In this document: positions 15,277-23,311 of the stretch, one piece after another | How positions within the stretch are numbered: position 1 is the stretch's first letter | Layout of the letters: each line of letters begins with the position of its first letter | Assembly: GCF_000012925.1 (NCBI RefSeq) | Contig: NC_007517.1 | Span: 2,220,001 to 2,252,000 of the forward strand | Origin: Geobacter metallireducens GS-15 | GTDB lineage: Bacteria; Desulfobacterota; Desulfuromonadia; Geobacterales; Geobacteraceae | Direction: 5' to 3' | Length of the DNA: 32,000 nt | Notes under the pieces: model-generated | The model's database searches: none | What the model saw: only the letters and a program-made list of their open reading frames with translations | What the model was told of the DNA's origin: nothing | Position numbers and translations under genes: made by a program

Positions 15277-18122
15277 CTCCCCTTGCCCGTCACGACACTG
15301 AACTCAAACTGAGACTGTCGCCCTGCCAGCAGTGACTCAAACGTGAGGGTTCCCTGGGCACTCGCCGTGACCGTGGCAACCACCTTGCCGTCCTGCCGCA
15401 CCTGATAGTCACGGCCAGGCTTCAGGTCGCACAGAAGCTGCCAAACCTTGCCGTTTCCGGAAAGCGGGTAACTCCCCTTGGTCAGGAAATCGGCTCCCTT
15501 GGCAAAAAGAACAGCCCGGTTACCGATGAGCGCCCCATAAAGCGAATCGTCTCGAGACTCGATCAGTACGGCGTCACTCCCCCCACTCCCCTTAAGGGAT
15601 GGGTGAAGGACATGGAGGAAATTATCCAATTTGGCGTGCTTTTTCGGGCTCACCTCCACTCGCCAGAGGCCATACTGGTTGCCATCGCCATAGCTGTAGC
15701 CAAAGCCATAGCCCCATGGATAGTCGATGCGCCCGGCATCGTTATCCCGGTCAACGCCTTCAACTCCCATATGCCTGAACTCCTGGATAACCCGCGCACC
15801 GGCGGGAATATCAGCACCGGGGGACGACTTGATCGCCCTGACGCAATCCAGGAGCTTTGCCGGACTCTGTCCCAGTCTGGTCCTGCCGTCACAGAAGTAT
15901 GCGACCCGGTCACTGAACGACTTGCCCGAGGCGTGGGCCGCCTGGGGCCAGACCGAGTAGCGGTCGAACACCTCACGGTTCGGGTCAGGCGGTTGATTGG
16001 TAATGATAACCGTCGGATGTTCCGGTAAGCCCGCTGTCGAAGCAACCTCGATGTCAATGGGGCCGTTATCCGTTGATCTGAGCGGCTTTCTGAGGGTCGT
16101 GGCCATGGAACCTCCCAATCGCCTAACCACTCGGTTATCTTTTTTCGGCAGCAGTGTCGTGCTCCGCAACTGCGAGCGCTCCTGCCGGACCGTTATCCGG
16201 CTTGTGTTCTCCGACCGGTGTATACCGCCAGACTCGTTGCCCACGGTCACCTTGGCACTTCCGTCAAACTCGGGGCGCGCCCTGAGCTGCAACAGCCACA
16301 GCTTCTTGAAATCAGGCTTTACCGCATCGACCCGGTCGAACACTACGAAATAATCGTCATCCCCTCCCGGTGAACGGAGATAGACGAATTCGCGCTGCAC
16401 CAGGGAAACCTTCGCCTTGCTCTTTCCCGTGGTCACCGCAGTGGAGTTGTAGGCACGAGTGGCATCGGCGGCCGTGTAGACATAGCGGTCACTCCGCTCG
16501 AACCGGACCAGCCCCCCGATATCGCGGTAATTGCCGTTGGCAGTCCCGTTGTAGGTCCTCCCCCACTTGTCATCCCAATAGGTGGTAATGCGCTGGCCGC
16601 CGTCGTTGGCCCAGCCGCCGAAATCCTCATTCGGATCGTAGATCAGAAGGTTGTTGGTCGAAATGGTACGGGTGAAAAAATTGGCCGCCTGAGGCCACCC
16701 CGGATTTTTGTCCCGCAGGGGTCCCCCCTCGTACCAGCACATGTAATTTCCCGACCGTGCCAACGCCAGTTCCTCTCCCTTGGCGATCATGAACGCCAGG
16801 CTATCGTGGTGCATGTGTCCATGGTAGTAGAAAGGCTCTGCCTTGAAGAGGGCATACGTGGCATCGGGGTCATTCCAGGCACTCCGCATGGCCACCCACC
16901 CGATGCCGGCTTTCTTACCGAAACGATCCCGATCGATTTCTCCTGCACGTTCATCCCACCCCAGAGCTTCTGCCAGGGGCAACCCGACTTCCTTGGGACC
17001 AAGCGGGGGAATCGTTTCATCGAGGAGCACAAACGAGACGGGGTTTTCTGCTTGATAGGGTATTCCTCCAAAGGCCTCCTTAACCAGCCACATATAGAGG
17101 CTTGCCGTCTTTTCATCACCCTTGCGGCGGTATTCCGCAGCGGTGATTGCCATATTTGTCGCCATTCCTTTCCCAACAGAACCATAGTCTGTGGTGGTGG
17201 CAGTCCAGTTATCATGGAAGGTGGCAAAGTAACGGAAGGCCTTGCCGGTCTTGGCCCGCTCTATGGGAAAAGGGAGCAAGGCCTGGATAAGATGGTTGGG
17301 AAGCCGTGCAAAGACTTCCTGATCTAAAAAAAATGACGACCTTGTTGCCGTCGACAAGGCGAGGAACGGATTGAATGTCCCTCCCAACTGGAAAATATAA
17401 TAGGTCCCGTCGGCAAAGCCGCCATCCTTGCCGGCAACTTGCTCCATGGCCAAGTTGTCCCGTAATGTCTCTCGAATGGCCGTTACGAGGAGTTTTTCCG
17501 CGTAGGCGTCATCAATCCCGTCACCATAGAACGCCAAGGCAGCCACGATCCCCTCGGGTCGCGGAGAAGCCCGATAACCATAAGTTTTTTCATTGTGAAT
17601 TCTGATTTCCTTTCCGATCCTCTTTTTGCAGAAATCCACGAACGCCCGCTTTTCCTGCTGTGTAAGCGCCCCATGGGCCCAGTCGTACAGAACCGCAAGA
17701 TCATCGGGCGCTGCCTTGCTTCCCCCGCTTATGGCGTCCGTCAGAGCCTTGGCGGCCATTCGGCCATAATCGTTACGGGACATCTTCGCCCCGTGCTCGG
17801 GCCCGATCCCCATGGCGTAGAAGAGCGCCGCCTGCTTACCTCCCATTCTTTGGTGCATCAGGCTCCACTGCTTCGCCTTTGTCGTTAGCGCCTCTGTCTT
17901 CAGGGCGGGGATCCGCTCCGGCGTCAGATAGATCCGCGGATGCCCCTTGCGGATGGTGGCAACGACCTTTTTCGCCTCACTCTCAGCCCAGGAGCGGGTT
18001 GATCCTTCCGACTCCGAGGAGGCAGTTTCACGGCATGCAAACAGAAGCACGGTGAGAGACACCGTCAACAGTAGAGTGAGAAACCATCTCGCGGCAATGG
18101 ACTTAGGCGCCATTTTCATCAT
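15273..18122 (-). CDS. exported lipoprotein, heparinase II/III-like polysaccharide lyase family
   Basis: Start chosen at ATG 18122 because GGAGG lies 4 nt upstream and it makes an ATGA overlap with the upstream stop. Lipobox is LTVLLFAC. The N-terminal motif HPRIYLTPERIPALK is typical of alginate-lyase/heparinase N-domains. The core FYYHGHMHHDSLAFMIAKGEELALARSGNY...TNNLLIYD resembles the Hepar_II_III signature (H-x-H-x-D...HNT). Confidence 0.75.
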   Translation of the reverse strand: MMKMAPKSIAARWFLTLLLTVSLTVLLFACRETASSESEGSTRSWAESEAKKVVATIRKGHPRIYLTPERIPALKTEALTTKAKQWSLMHQRMGGKQAALFYAMGIGPEHGAKMSRNDYGRMAAKALTDAISGGSKAAPDDLAVLYDWAHGALTQQEKRAFVDFCKKRIGKEIRIHNEKTYGYRASPRPEGIVAALAFYGDGIDDAYAEKLLVTAIRETLRDNLAMEQVAGKDGGFADGTYYIFQLGGTFNPFLALSTATRSSFFLDQEVFARLPNHLIQALLPFPIERAKTGKAFRYFATFHDNWTATTTDYGSVGKGMATNMAITAAEYRRKGDEKTASLYMWLVKEAFGGIPYQAENPVSFVLLDETIPPLGPKEVGLPLAEALGWDERAGEIDRDRFGKKAGIGWVAMRSAWNDPDATYALFKAEPFYYHGHMHHDSLAFMIAKGEELALARSGNYMCWYEGGPLRDKNPGWPQAANFFTRTISTNNLLIYDPNEDFGGWANDGGQRITTYWDDKWGRTYNGTANGNYRDIGGLVRFERSDRYVYTAADATRAYNSTAVTTGKSKAKVSLVQREFVYLRSPGGDDDYFVVFDRVDAVKPDFKKLWLLQLRARPEFDGSAKVTVGNESGGIHRSENTSRITVRQERSQLRSTTLLPKKDNRVVRRLGGSMATTLRKPLRSTDNGPIDIEVASTAGLPEHPTVIITNQPPDPNREVFDRYSVWPQAAHASGKSFSDRVAYFCDGRTRLGQSPAKLLDCVRAIKSSPGADIPAGARVIQEFRHMGVEGVDRDNDAGRIDYPWGYGFGYSYGDGNQYGLWRVEVSPKKHAKLDNFLHVLHPSLKGSGGSDAVLIESRDDSLYGALIGNRAVLFAKGADFLTKGSYPLSGNGKVWQLLCDLKPGRDYQVRQDGKVVATVTASAQGTLTFESLLAGRQSQFEFSVVTGKGR

Positions 18123-19330
18123 GTACCTCCTGCGGCGGCCTGGTAGGTCCGCTCCTGCTCCTCGCACAGCCTGCCCCAATCGTAGGTAAGGGCGCATTCC
18201 CGCGCATTCCGCTCAAGTGCTTCACGCAAATCCCTGTTCGCAAGGACGGACATGACCTCATCTGCAAACGCTTCGGGGGTGTCGGCAACAAGTATATTCC
18301 TGCCATGCTCCACCGCAAGCCCCTCGCATCCCACCGAGGTTGAAACAATAGCCTTTCCCATCCCCATGGCATCAAGGATCTTGAGCCGCGTACCGCTGCC
18401 GATCCGGATCGGCACCACCACCACCCGTGCCTCGTCCACATAGGTGCGGATATCATCCACGAAGCCGGTCACCCTTACCCGCGGGTCGCTGGCTGCGGCC
18501 TCGGCAATCTCCCGGGGCGGTGCGGTTCCCACAAAGATCATGGTGGCGTCGGGCTGCCGCTGCCGGATCAGCGGACAAATCTCGCGCCAGAAATAGAGGA
18601 CTGCATCGCGATTGGTGTGGACATCCATGTGCCCTAGCCAGAGCACGGAATTTTCCACAGGTGGCCGTCCAATGGGCTTGAAGAACTCGGTATTCGTCCC
18701 GTTGGGCACCACGGAGATCGGAATGGTTATCCCCATGCCTACGAGAACATCACGGTCCAGCTCAGAAACGGCGATGCACCGGTCAAAACGGTTCACCATC
18801 TCCTTTTCAAACCGGCAGAGCCTCTGCCACTGGAGTTTCAAGAAAGCCCGCTTCAGCGTACTCGGGTCCGATTCCGCCCAGCGCTGCAGTCTGATCGATT
18901 CCACATTGTGATTGACCAGGATTTTGGGGAGATGGAAGAACTCACTCAGGTAAACCGACAGGGGGAGCAAGTCCACATGGACAAGGTCAATCTTGTTGTT
19001 CGCAATGATCTCCCTGATCTTGGCCCGCATCGCCGGGGAGTCGTATTTGGACGCCACAAAAGGGAGGTCGGAAAACAGGTTGCAGCCGAGCGAAAAGGCC
19101 AGTTTGGCGCGGGACTGATCGACCGGAATCGGGAACGTGTGCACTTCCTTGCAGAAACTCTTGAGGTGCTCGATGTGCTCAGGCTTCAGCTCGTGTTCCG
19201 GCTGCTGGATAAAGGTCACCAAGGTCACGTCATGGCGTCGCGCTGCATCCCGCAGCGTGTGATAGGTGCGCAGACTGTGGCCGTTGATGAGGGGATAGGG
19301 GCTCTTGGTGGAGAGGAACAAAACGTTCAT
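18119..19330 (-). CDS. GT4-family glycosyltransferase (possibly the PEP-CTERM/EpsH1-associated sugar transferase type)
   Basis: 403-aa ORF. The N-terminus is MNVLFLSTKSPYPLINGHSLRTYHTL. The C-half is a GT-B fold with the E-x7-E region VVVPIRIGSGTRLKILDAMGMGKAIVST. There are ATGA overlaps at both ends. Confidence 0.85.
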   Translation of the reverse strand: MNVLFLSTKSPYPLINGHSLRTYHTLRDAARRHDVTLVTFIQQPEHELKPEHIEHLKSFCKEVHTFPIPVDQSRAKLAFSLGCNLFSDLPFVASKYDSPAMRAKIREIIANNKIDLVHVDLLPLSVYLSEFFHLPKILVNHNVESIRLQRWAESDPSTLKRAFLKLQWQRLCRFEKEMVNRFDRCIAVSELDRDVLVGMGITIPISVVPNGTNTEFFKPIGRPPVENSVLWLGHMDVHTNRDAVLYFWREICPLIRQRQPDATMIFVGTAPPREIAEAAASDPRVRVTGFVDDIRTYVDEARVVVVPIRIGSGTRLKILDAMGMGKAIVSTSVGCEGLAVEHGRNILVADTPEAFADEVMSVLANRDLREALERNARECALTYDWGRLCEEQERTYQAAAGGT

Positions 19331-20463
19331 CCGATCGCTCCTCCTGCTCCGATCATACCCCGGTAGATTTCGATATAGCGCTGCGCCATGGTATCGGCAG
19401 AGTAATGCACTTTCACGCGTTCGTATCCTTTCAGGGCCATGCAGCGGGCCTTGTCCGCCTCGTCGTGGCTGCGGATTATGGCTTCGGCAAGGGCCGGGAC
19501 ATCACCCGGGGAGACAACAACACCGGTGACACCATTATTAATTACTGTGGCAATCGCCCCCACATTGGTGGCTATGGCTGGAACCTTTGCCGCCTGAGCC
19601 TCCAGAAGGGCCATGGGAAGACCTTCACTGAGGGACGGAAGAACAAAGAGATCGAAGCGGGGCAAAATGGACGGAACGTCATCCCGCTTCCCCGTAAAAA
19701 TAGCAGTTTGTTCAATCCCCTCTTCCCGAGCCAACTGCTCAAGGCGCCGCCTCTCAGGACCATCCCCCACCACAACACAGACGACATTCGGGATCGATTT
19801 GCGGACGCTCTTGACAGCCTGCAGCAAATGACGGTGCCCCTTTTCCTCCGTGAGCGCCCCCACTGTACCGATCACATAGGAACTACCGGCTACCCCCAGC
19901 ACATTTCCTGCATCTGCCTTGGTCGGCAGGCTTTCGAAACGGCTGAAATCGACCCCGTTGTCAATGACCGACAGCCCATCCCTACCGATTCCCAATACCG
20001 CAAGCCGATCGGCAATTTTCGGAGATACGGCAACCACTCGATCAGCCTTCCTCACCAGCATGGCATCGAGAAGAGCATAGAGAAACAGTTTAAAACCGGC
20101 CCTCCGCCCATGATTGGTGACGATCCAGCGGGCGCCTGACAGCTCCGCGGCCTGCCGAGCGTAGTAATTGCTCTTGTAATTGTGGGAATGGATGATCTGC
20201 GTCCCGCTCTTCCGGATCTCCTCCGTCAGGATGCCGACGACTCCTGCGTCGAAACGCCCTCCGCACGGGACAACCAAGGTTGGCAGCCCCGCCCCGCGGG
20301 CAGCCTCTGCCAATTCCGTATTCGGATTTCGGCTGTTCTTCAAAGCCGCCACGGTCACATGCATGCCGAGGGAACGGGATTGTGACGCCAGTTCGAGCAG
20401 CACCCTCTCGGCGCCGAAAAGGCCGGAGGTACTTATGAGGTGTAGTATATGGAGAGGCTCCAC
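19327..20463 (-). CDS. GT4-family glycosyltransferase
   Basis: Motifs are HILHLISTSGLFGAERVLLEL at the N-terminus and LFVLPSLSEGLPMALLEAQAAKVPAIATNVG. The ORF-track start (ATG 20637) would overlap epsI by about 150 nt. GTG 20463 or TTG 20469, just downstream of the epsI stop, is more plausible. The start is uncertain. Confidence 0.8.
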   Translation of the reverse strand: MEPLHILHLISTSGLFGAERVLLELASQSRSLGMHVTVAALKNSRNPNTELAEAARGAGLPTLVVPCGGRFDAGVVGILTEEIRKSGTQIIHSHNYKSNYYARQAAELSGARWIVTNHGRRAGFKLFLYALLDAMLVRKADRVVAVSPKIADRLAVLGIGRDGLSVIDNGVDFSRFESLPTKADAGNVLGVAGSSYVIGTVGALTEEKGHRHLLQAVKSVRKSIPNVVCVVVGDGPERRRLEQLAREEGIEQTAIFTGKRDDVPSILPRFDLFVLPSLSEGLPMALLEAQAAKVPAIATNVGAIATVINNGVTGVVVSPGDVPALAEAIIRSHDEADKARCMALKGYERVKVHYSADTMAQRYIEIYRGMIGAGGAIG

Positions 20464-20483
20464 TGTCAACAGCTCGGGCCGGT

Positions 20484-21107
20484 TCAGAAAAAAGAGGTGA
20501 GAGCCGGAGCCAGGGAATTCATGTAGCGCGTCGCCACATCCCGCGTTGCATCCACACTCCCCCGCACCGGAACATGCAGTTGTACCTGGGCGCCGCTCGG
20601 ACGCTTGAACTGCATCTGCTGTTGAAGCATCTCCCATCTGAAAGTCGAATACTTACCGGTCATCCGGTCGCCGGAGAGATAGAAATAGTAGATAACCCGT
20701 ACCGGCTCGGCATAGCCCAGCACCAGCCTGTTGAGGTCGATCTGCTCTTGCTTGCCACCCGCGAGCGTCACCGTAATCGGGACAATGCGCTCATCGAGCA
20801 CCTTCATGCCGACGCCGGTATTGCACGACTCGGGGTTGTGGAACCCGATCTTGTTGTCGGGATAGTACACGAGAGAGAGATACACATGCTCACCCTGGGG
20901 GCTCGAATAATCACGACTCAGGATGTACTCGGTCTCCAGGATGTCCTTCACCCGGTCCTCAACGGTGTAGGGGGTTCCCCGCCACTCCCCCACGGTGAAG
21001 GGGAAATCTTCGAGCTTGACCGTAACCGGCTTGTTGGCCAGGTGGTTGTCGAGGAAAACAAATCCCGACGTGGCCAGGAGCAGTAACAATAGTGTGATAG
21101 CTCTCAT
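20484..21107 (-). CDS. epsI: EpsI-family exosortase-associated protein
   Basis: 207-aa ORF with one N-terminal TM/signal anchor. LEDFPFTVGEWRGTPYTVED...ILSRDY...VYLSLVYYPDNKIGFHNPESCNTGVGM matches the EpsI pattern (fP..ig.W.g...Y......l.i.yY......HsPe.C). The start overlaps the exosortase stop (ATGA at 21104-21107). Confidence 0.85.
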   Translation of the reverse strand: MRAITLLLLLLATSGFVFLDNHLANKPVTVKLEDFPFTVGEWRGTPYTVEDRVKDILETEYILSRDYSSPQGEHVYLSLVYYPDNKIGFHNPESCNTGVGMKVLDERIVPITVTLAGGKQEQIDLNRLVLGYAEPVRVIYYFYLSGDRMTGKYSTFRWEMLQQQMQFKRPSGAQVQLHVPVRGSVDATRDVATRYMNSLAPALTSFF

Positions 21108-21961
21108 TCAGGACGCTCCAGCACTCGCATGATGCCGAACAGCACAGCCATGCTGATAAAGAAAACCGCCAGCCCCGATGTGGTGTGAAACCAGTGTTCC
21201 GGCGACGCCCATTCTCCCCCCAACGTGTCGGCCACGAAGATCAGGGTGCAGACCCTCAGCACGTTGGTTGCAATGGCCACCGGCACCGACAGGGAAAAAA
21301 GGAAAAGTTTTTTGCCGATGCCGGCCTGCAAAAGGTAGGCGAACAGGGCCCCCATGGCCATGAGCGCGATGAGGGAGCGAATGCCGCTGCAGGGGTCCCC
21401 CACCGAGAGAGTGGCGTTGGTCAGGTGGATCACCGCCCCTTCGCGGACAATGGGCATCCCGGAGCGCTCCATGATTGCCGTACCAATATTGGCAACCATC
21501 ATTTTGAGGGGAAATGAAACAGCAGAGATTACCCGCATCGGCAGCGGAAACATGAAGGCGAGGAACCCCAAAGGAAATGCAAGTTGCCTGGTGATCGCGG
21601 GGCCGTAGAAATAGAGGCAGAGGCCGACGGCCAGGGCCATGATCGAGAAGCCGGACGTAAAGAAGGTGTGGGTCCACACGCTCGCCACGTGGGTCAGCAG
21701 TGCAGCGATGATCAAACCCAATCCTAATCGTGAACTCGACCGGGGTAGTCCTGCCAGATCCTTGCGCTTCATCCAGACCAGATAACCGCAGATGAAGGGA
21801 ATCAGGTATCCGTGGGAATAATGGGAATCGGGATTGTCATAACGCTCCACGAGCCACAGGAAGGTATCGTGGTAGGCATAGATGAAAAGCCCCAGGCACA
21901 CAAGCCCCAGAATCATTCCTTTTCTGTCGGGCAATAAACTATTTTTTGCGGCGATTTCCAT
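21104..21961 (-). CDS. xrtA: exosortase (XrtA/EpsH-type transpeptidase)
   Basis: Polytopic membrane protein with the exosortase active-site motif VGDPCSGIRSLIALMAMG (Cys at 21389-21391) and a later conserved His region (EHWFHTTSG). It sits next to epsI, and prsK and prsR lie ~14.4 kb away (4582-6672 and 3204-4571). ATG 21961 is preferred because GAGAGG lies 7 nt upstream. The ORF track starts at TTG 21982. The subtype call XrtA is inferred from the PrsK/PrsR context. Confidence 0.88.
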   Translation of the reverse strand: MEIAAKNSLLPDRKGMILGLVCLGLFIYAYHDTFLWLVERYDNPDSHYSHGYLIPFICGYLVWMKRKDLAGLPRSSSRLGLGLIIAALLTHVASVWTHTFFTSGFSIMALAVGLCLYFYGPAITRQLAFPLGFLAFMFPLPMRVISAVSFPLKMMVANIGTAIMERSGMPIVREGAVIHLTNATLSVGDPCSGIRSLIALMAMGALFAYLLQAGIGKKLFLFSLSVPVAIATNVLRVCTLIFVADTLGGEWASPEHWFHTTSGLAVFFISMAVLFGIMRVLERPE

Positions 21962-21985
21962 TGAATTACCTCTCATACCCAATAG

Positions 21986-22100
21986 CTTTCACCACGAAAA
22001 CACGAAATTGGGAAAGCACGAAAGAAAACCCCTTAAATCTTCAAACTTCATTTGTTTTTAGACCTTTTTTCGTGCTTTCAACCTTTCGTGCTTTCGTGAG
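21986..22100 (-). repeat. intercistronic inverted-repeat element, copy A (long imperfect hairpin built from 8-nt xxxGAAAG units)
   Basis: The left arm CACGAAAACACGAAATTGGGAAAGCACGAAA pairs with the right arm TTTCGTGCTTTCAACCTTTCGTGCTTTCGTG. It lies between the GT4 stop (22114) and the xrtA start. It shares its arms with the copies at 24162-24274 and 26998-27096. Confidence 0.85.
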
Positions 22101-22113
22101 AAGGTTGTTTGGT

Positions 22114-23301
22114 TCAATTCTTCCCCGACCACAATCTGCAATACAGTTCCTCGTGCGCTTCAACCATGGCCCGCACCGAGAATCGTTCCTCCGCCACCCG
22201 TCGGGCTGCTGTCCCCATGGCCTGGGCGCGGGTCGGATCATCCAGAAGCGCCCCGACAGCCGCCGCAAGGAGGGCCGAATCGGCAGGGGGCACCACCAAG
22301 CCGGTCACGCCGTCCTGAACCAGTTCAGGGTTCCCCCCCACACACGTCGCCACGACCGGCTTGCCGGCAGCCATGGACTCCATGATGACATTGGAAAGCC
22401 CTTCGCTCGTGGAACAGAGCACCGAAACATCTAAGTGCGCCAGGATCGCCGGGACATCGCCCCGTTTTCCCAGAAAATGGATCCGCTCCGAGAGACCGAG
22501 ATCCCGTGCCTGCCGTTCACAGTCGGCCCGAAGCGCGCCGTCTCCCACCAGGATGAAGTGAACGGCGCTTTGTTTCCTCGCCACTCGATCCGCCGCCTCG
22601 ATGAAGTAACGATGTCCCTTGATCTCGAAATTCATATTTGCCACCATCCCCACCAAGGGACCAACAGCCGGCAGACCGAGATCAGACCGGGACGGCAGCG
22701 GAGACGTGGCACCTTCCAAAGTTCCTTCCTCCAGGGCATTGTAGATGACCTCGATCTTCCCGGCGGGAAATCCCTCCCTGGTGACGGTTTCATCTTTCGC
22801 TGCTTGGCAGACGGCCACAAGACCATCGCAGGATCGGGAGGATACCCGAAAAATCCGGTCATACACCGGCTTGCGCTTGAACCCCAAGTCCCGCCTCGAT
22901 GTCATCCAGACCGGCACTCCGGCAAGCCGTCGCGCCAGCCACCCCATCACCTCAGCCTTCTCGAAGAAGGTCTGGATAATATCGACCCGCTCTTCCCGCG
23001 CCAGGCGGGCAATACGGAGCATCTGCCCAAATCCTGAGGGGGAGTAGAACTTGCCCGTCGGAAAATGGAACACCCGCGCTGGACCAAGTTTCCCGTCCTT
23101 AAGAGGAACCGCGCCCCGTGGCGCAAGCTGAACAACCAGGGGTCTGAAACGGGACGGGTCGAGGGACGACGCCAGGATGCCGAGCTGCTTCTCCGCTCCT
23201 CCCTGCATCGGTGAACCGCACGGGGACAGGAAGGTGTCGATGATGTACATGACCGTAATCGGACGATCACAAGCTTTCTGCTGACCGGATGCATCACCCA
23301 T
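22114..23301 (-). CDS. GT4-family glycosyltransferase
   Basis: GT-B C-terminal motif is VSVLCSTSEGLSNVIMESMAAGKPVVATCVGGNPELV, and the N-terminus contains MYIIDTFLSP...GGAEKQL. ATG 23301 is preferred because it lies downstream of the deacetylase stop at 23312. ATG 23250 is also possible, and the ORF-track start 23379 would overlap the upstream gene. Confidence 0.8.
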   Translation of the reverse strand: MGDASGQQKACDRPITVMYIIDTFLSPCGSPMQGGAEKQLGILASSLDPSRFRPLVVQLAPRGAVPLKDGKLGPARVFHFPTGKFYSPSGFGQMLRIARLAREERVDIIQTFFEKAEVMGWLARRLAGVPVWMTSRRDLGFKRKPVYDRIFRVSSRSCDGLVAVCQAAKDETVTREGFPAGKIEVIYNALEEGTLEGATSPLPSRSDLGLPAVGPLVGMVANMNFEIKGHRYFIEAADRVARKQSAVHFILVGDGALRADCERQARDLGLSERIHFLGKRGDVPAILAHLDVSVLCSTSEGLSNVIMESMAAGKPVVATCVGGNPELVQDGVTGLVVPPADSALLAAAVGALLDDPTRAQAMGTAARRVAEERFSVRAMVEAHEELYCRLWSGKN

Positions 23302-23311
23302 GGGGATTCTG

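Noticed and set aside
20623-20637. Shared MGDAS N-terminus of the two extended GT4 ORFs (20637 and 23301)
   Set aside because: It is a five-residue match only, encoded by different codons, and the 20637 start is probably not used. I treat it as coincidence.
21108-21677. 189-aa same-strand alternative-frame ORF inside the exosortase gene
   Set aside because: It is out of frame with xrtA, which carries the diagnostic CSG motif. Its product is rich in Gly, Arg, His and Pro, and it has no independent RBS.
22061-22085. Sigma-70-like promoter inside the repeat (TTGAAA ... TAAAAA/TAAAAC on the minus strand)
   Set aside because: The spacing is only about 15 nt in copies A and B, and the hexamers are not conserved in copy C (TCGAAA ... 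CACAAA). I kept it only as an alternative explanation, not as a feature.
21946-22434. + strand ORFs that read through the repeat elements (also 24227-24547 and 26747-27100)
   Set aside because: The three ORFs cross the repeats in non-equivalent frames. The rest of each ORF is antisense to real genes, and the conserved unit is the nucleotide-level hairpin, not a peptide.
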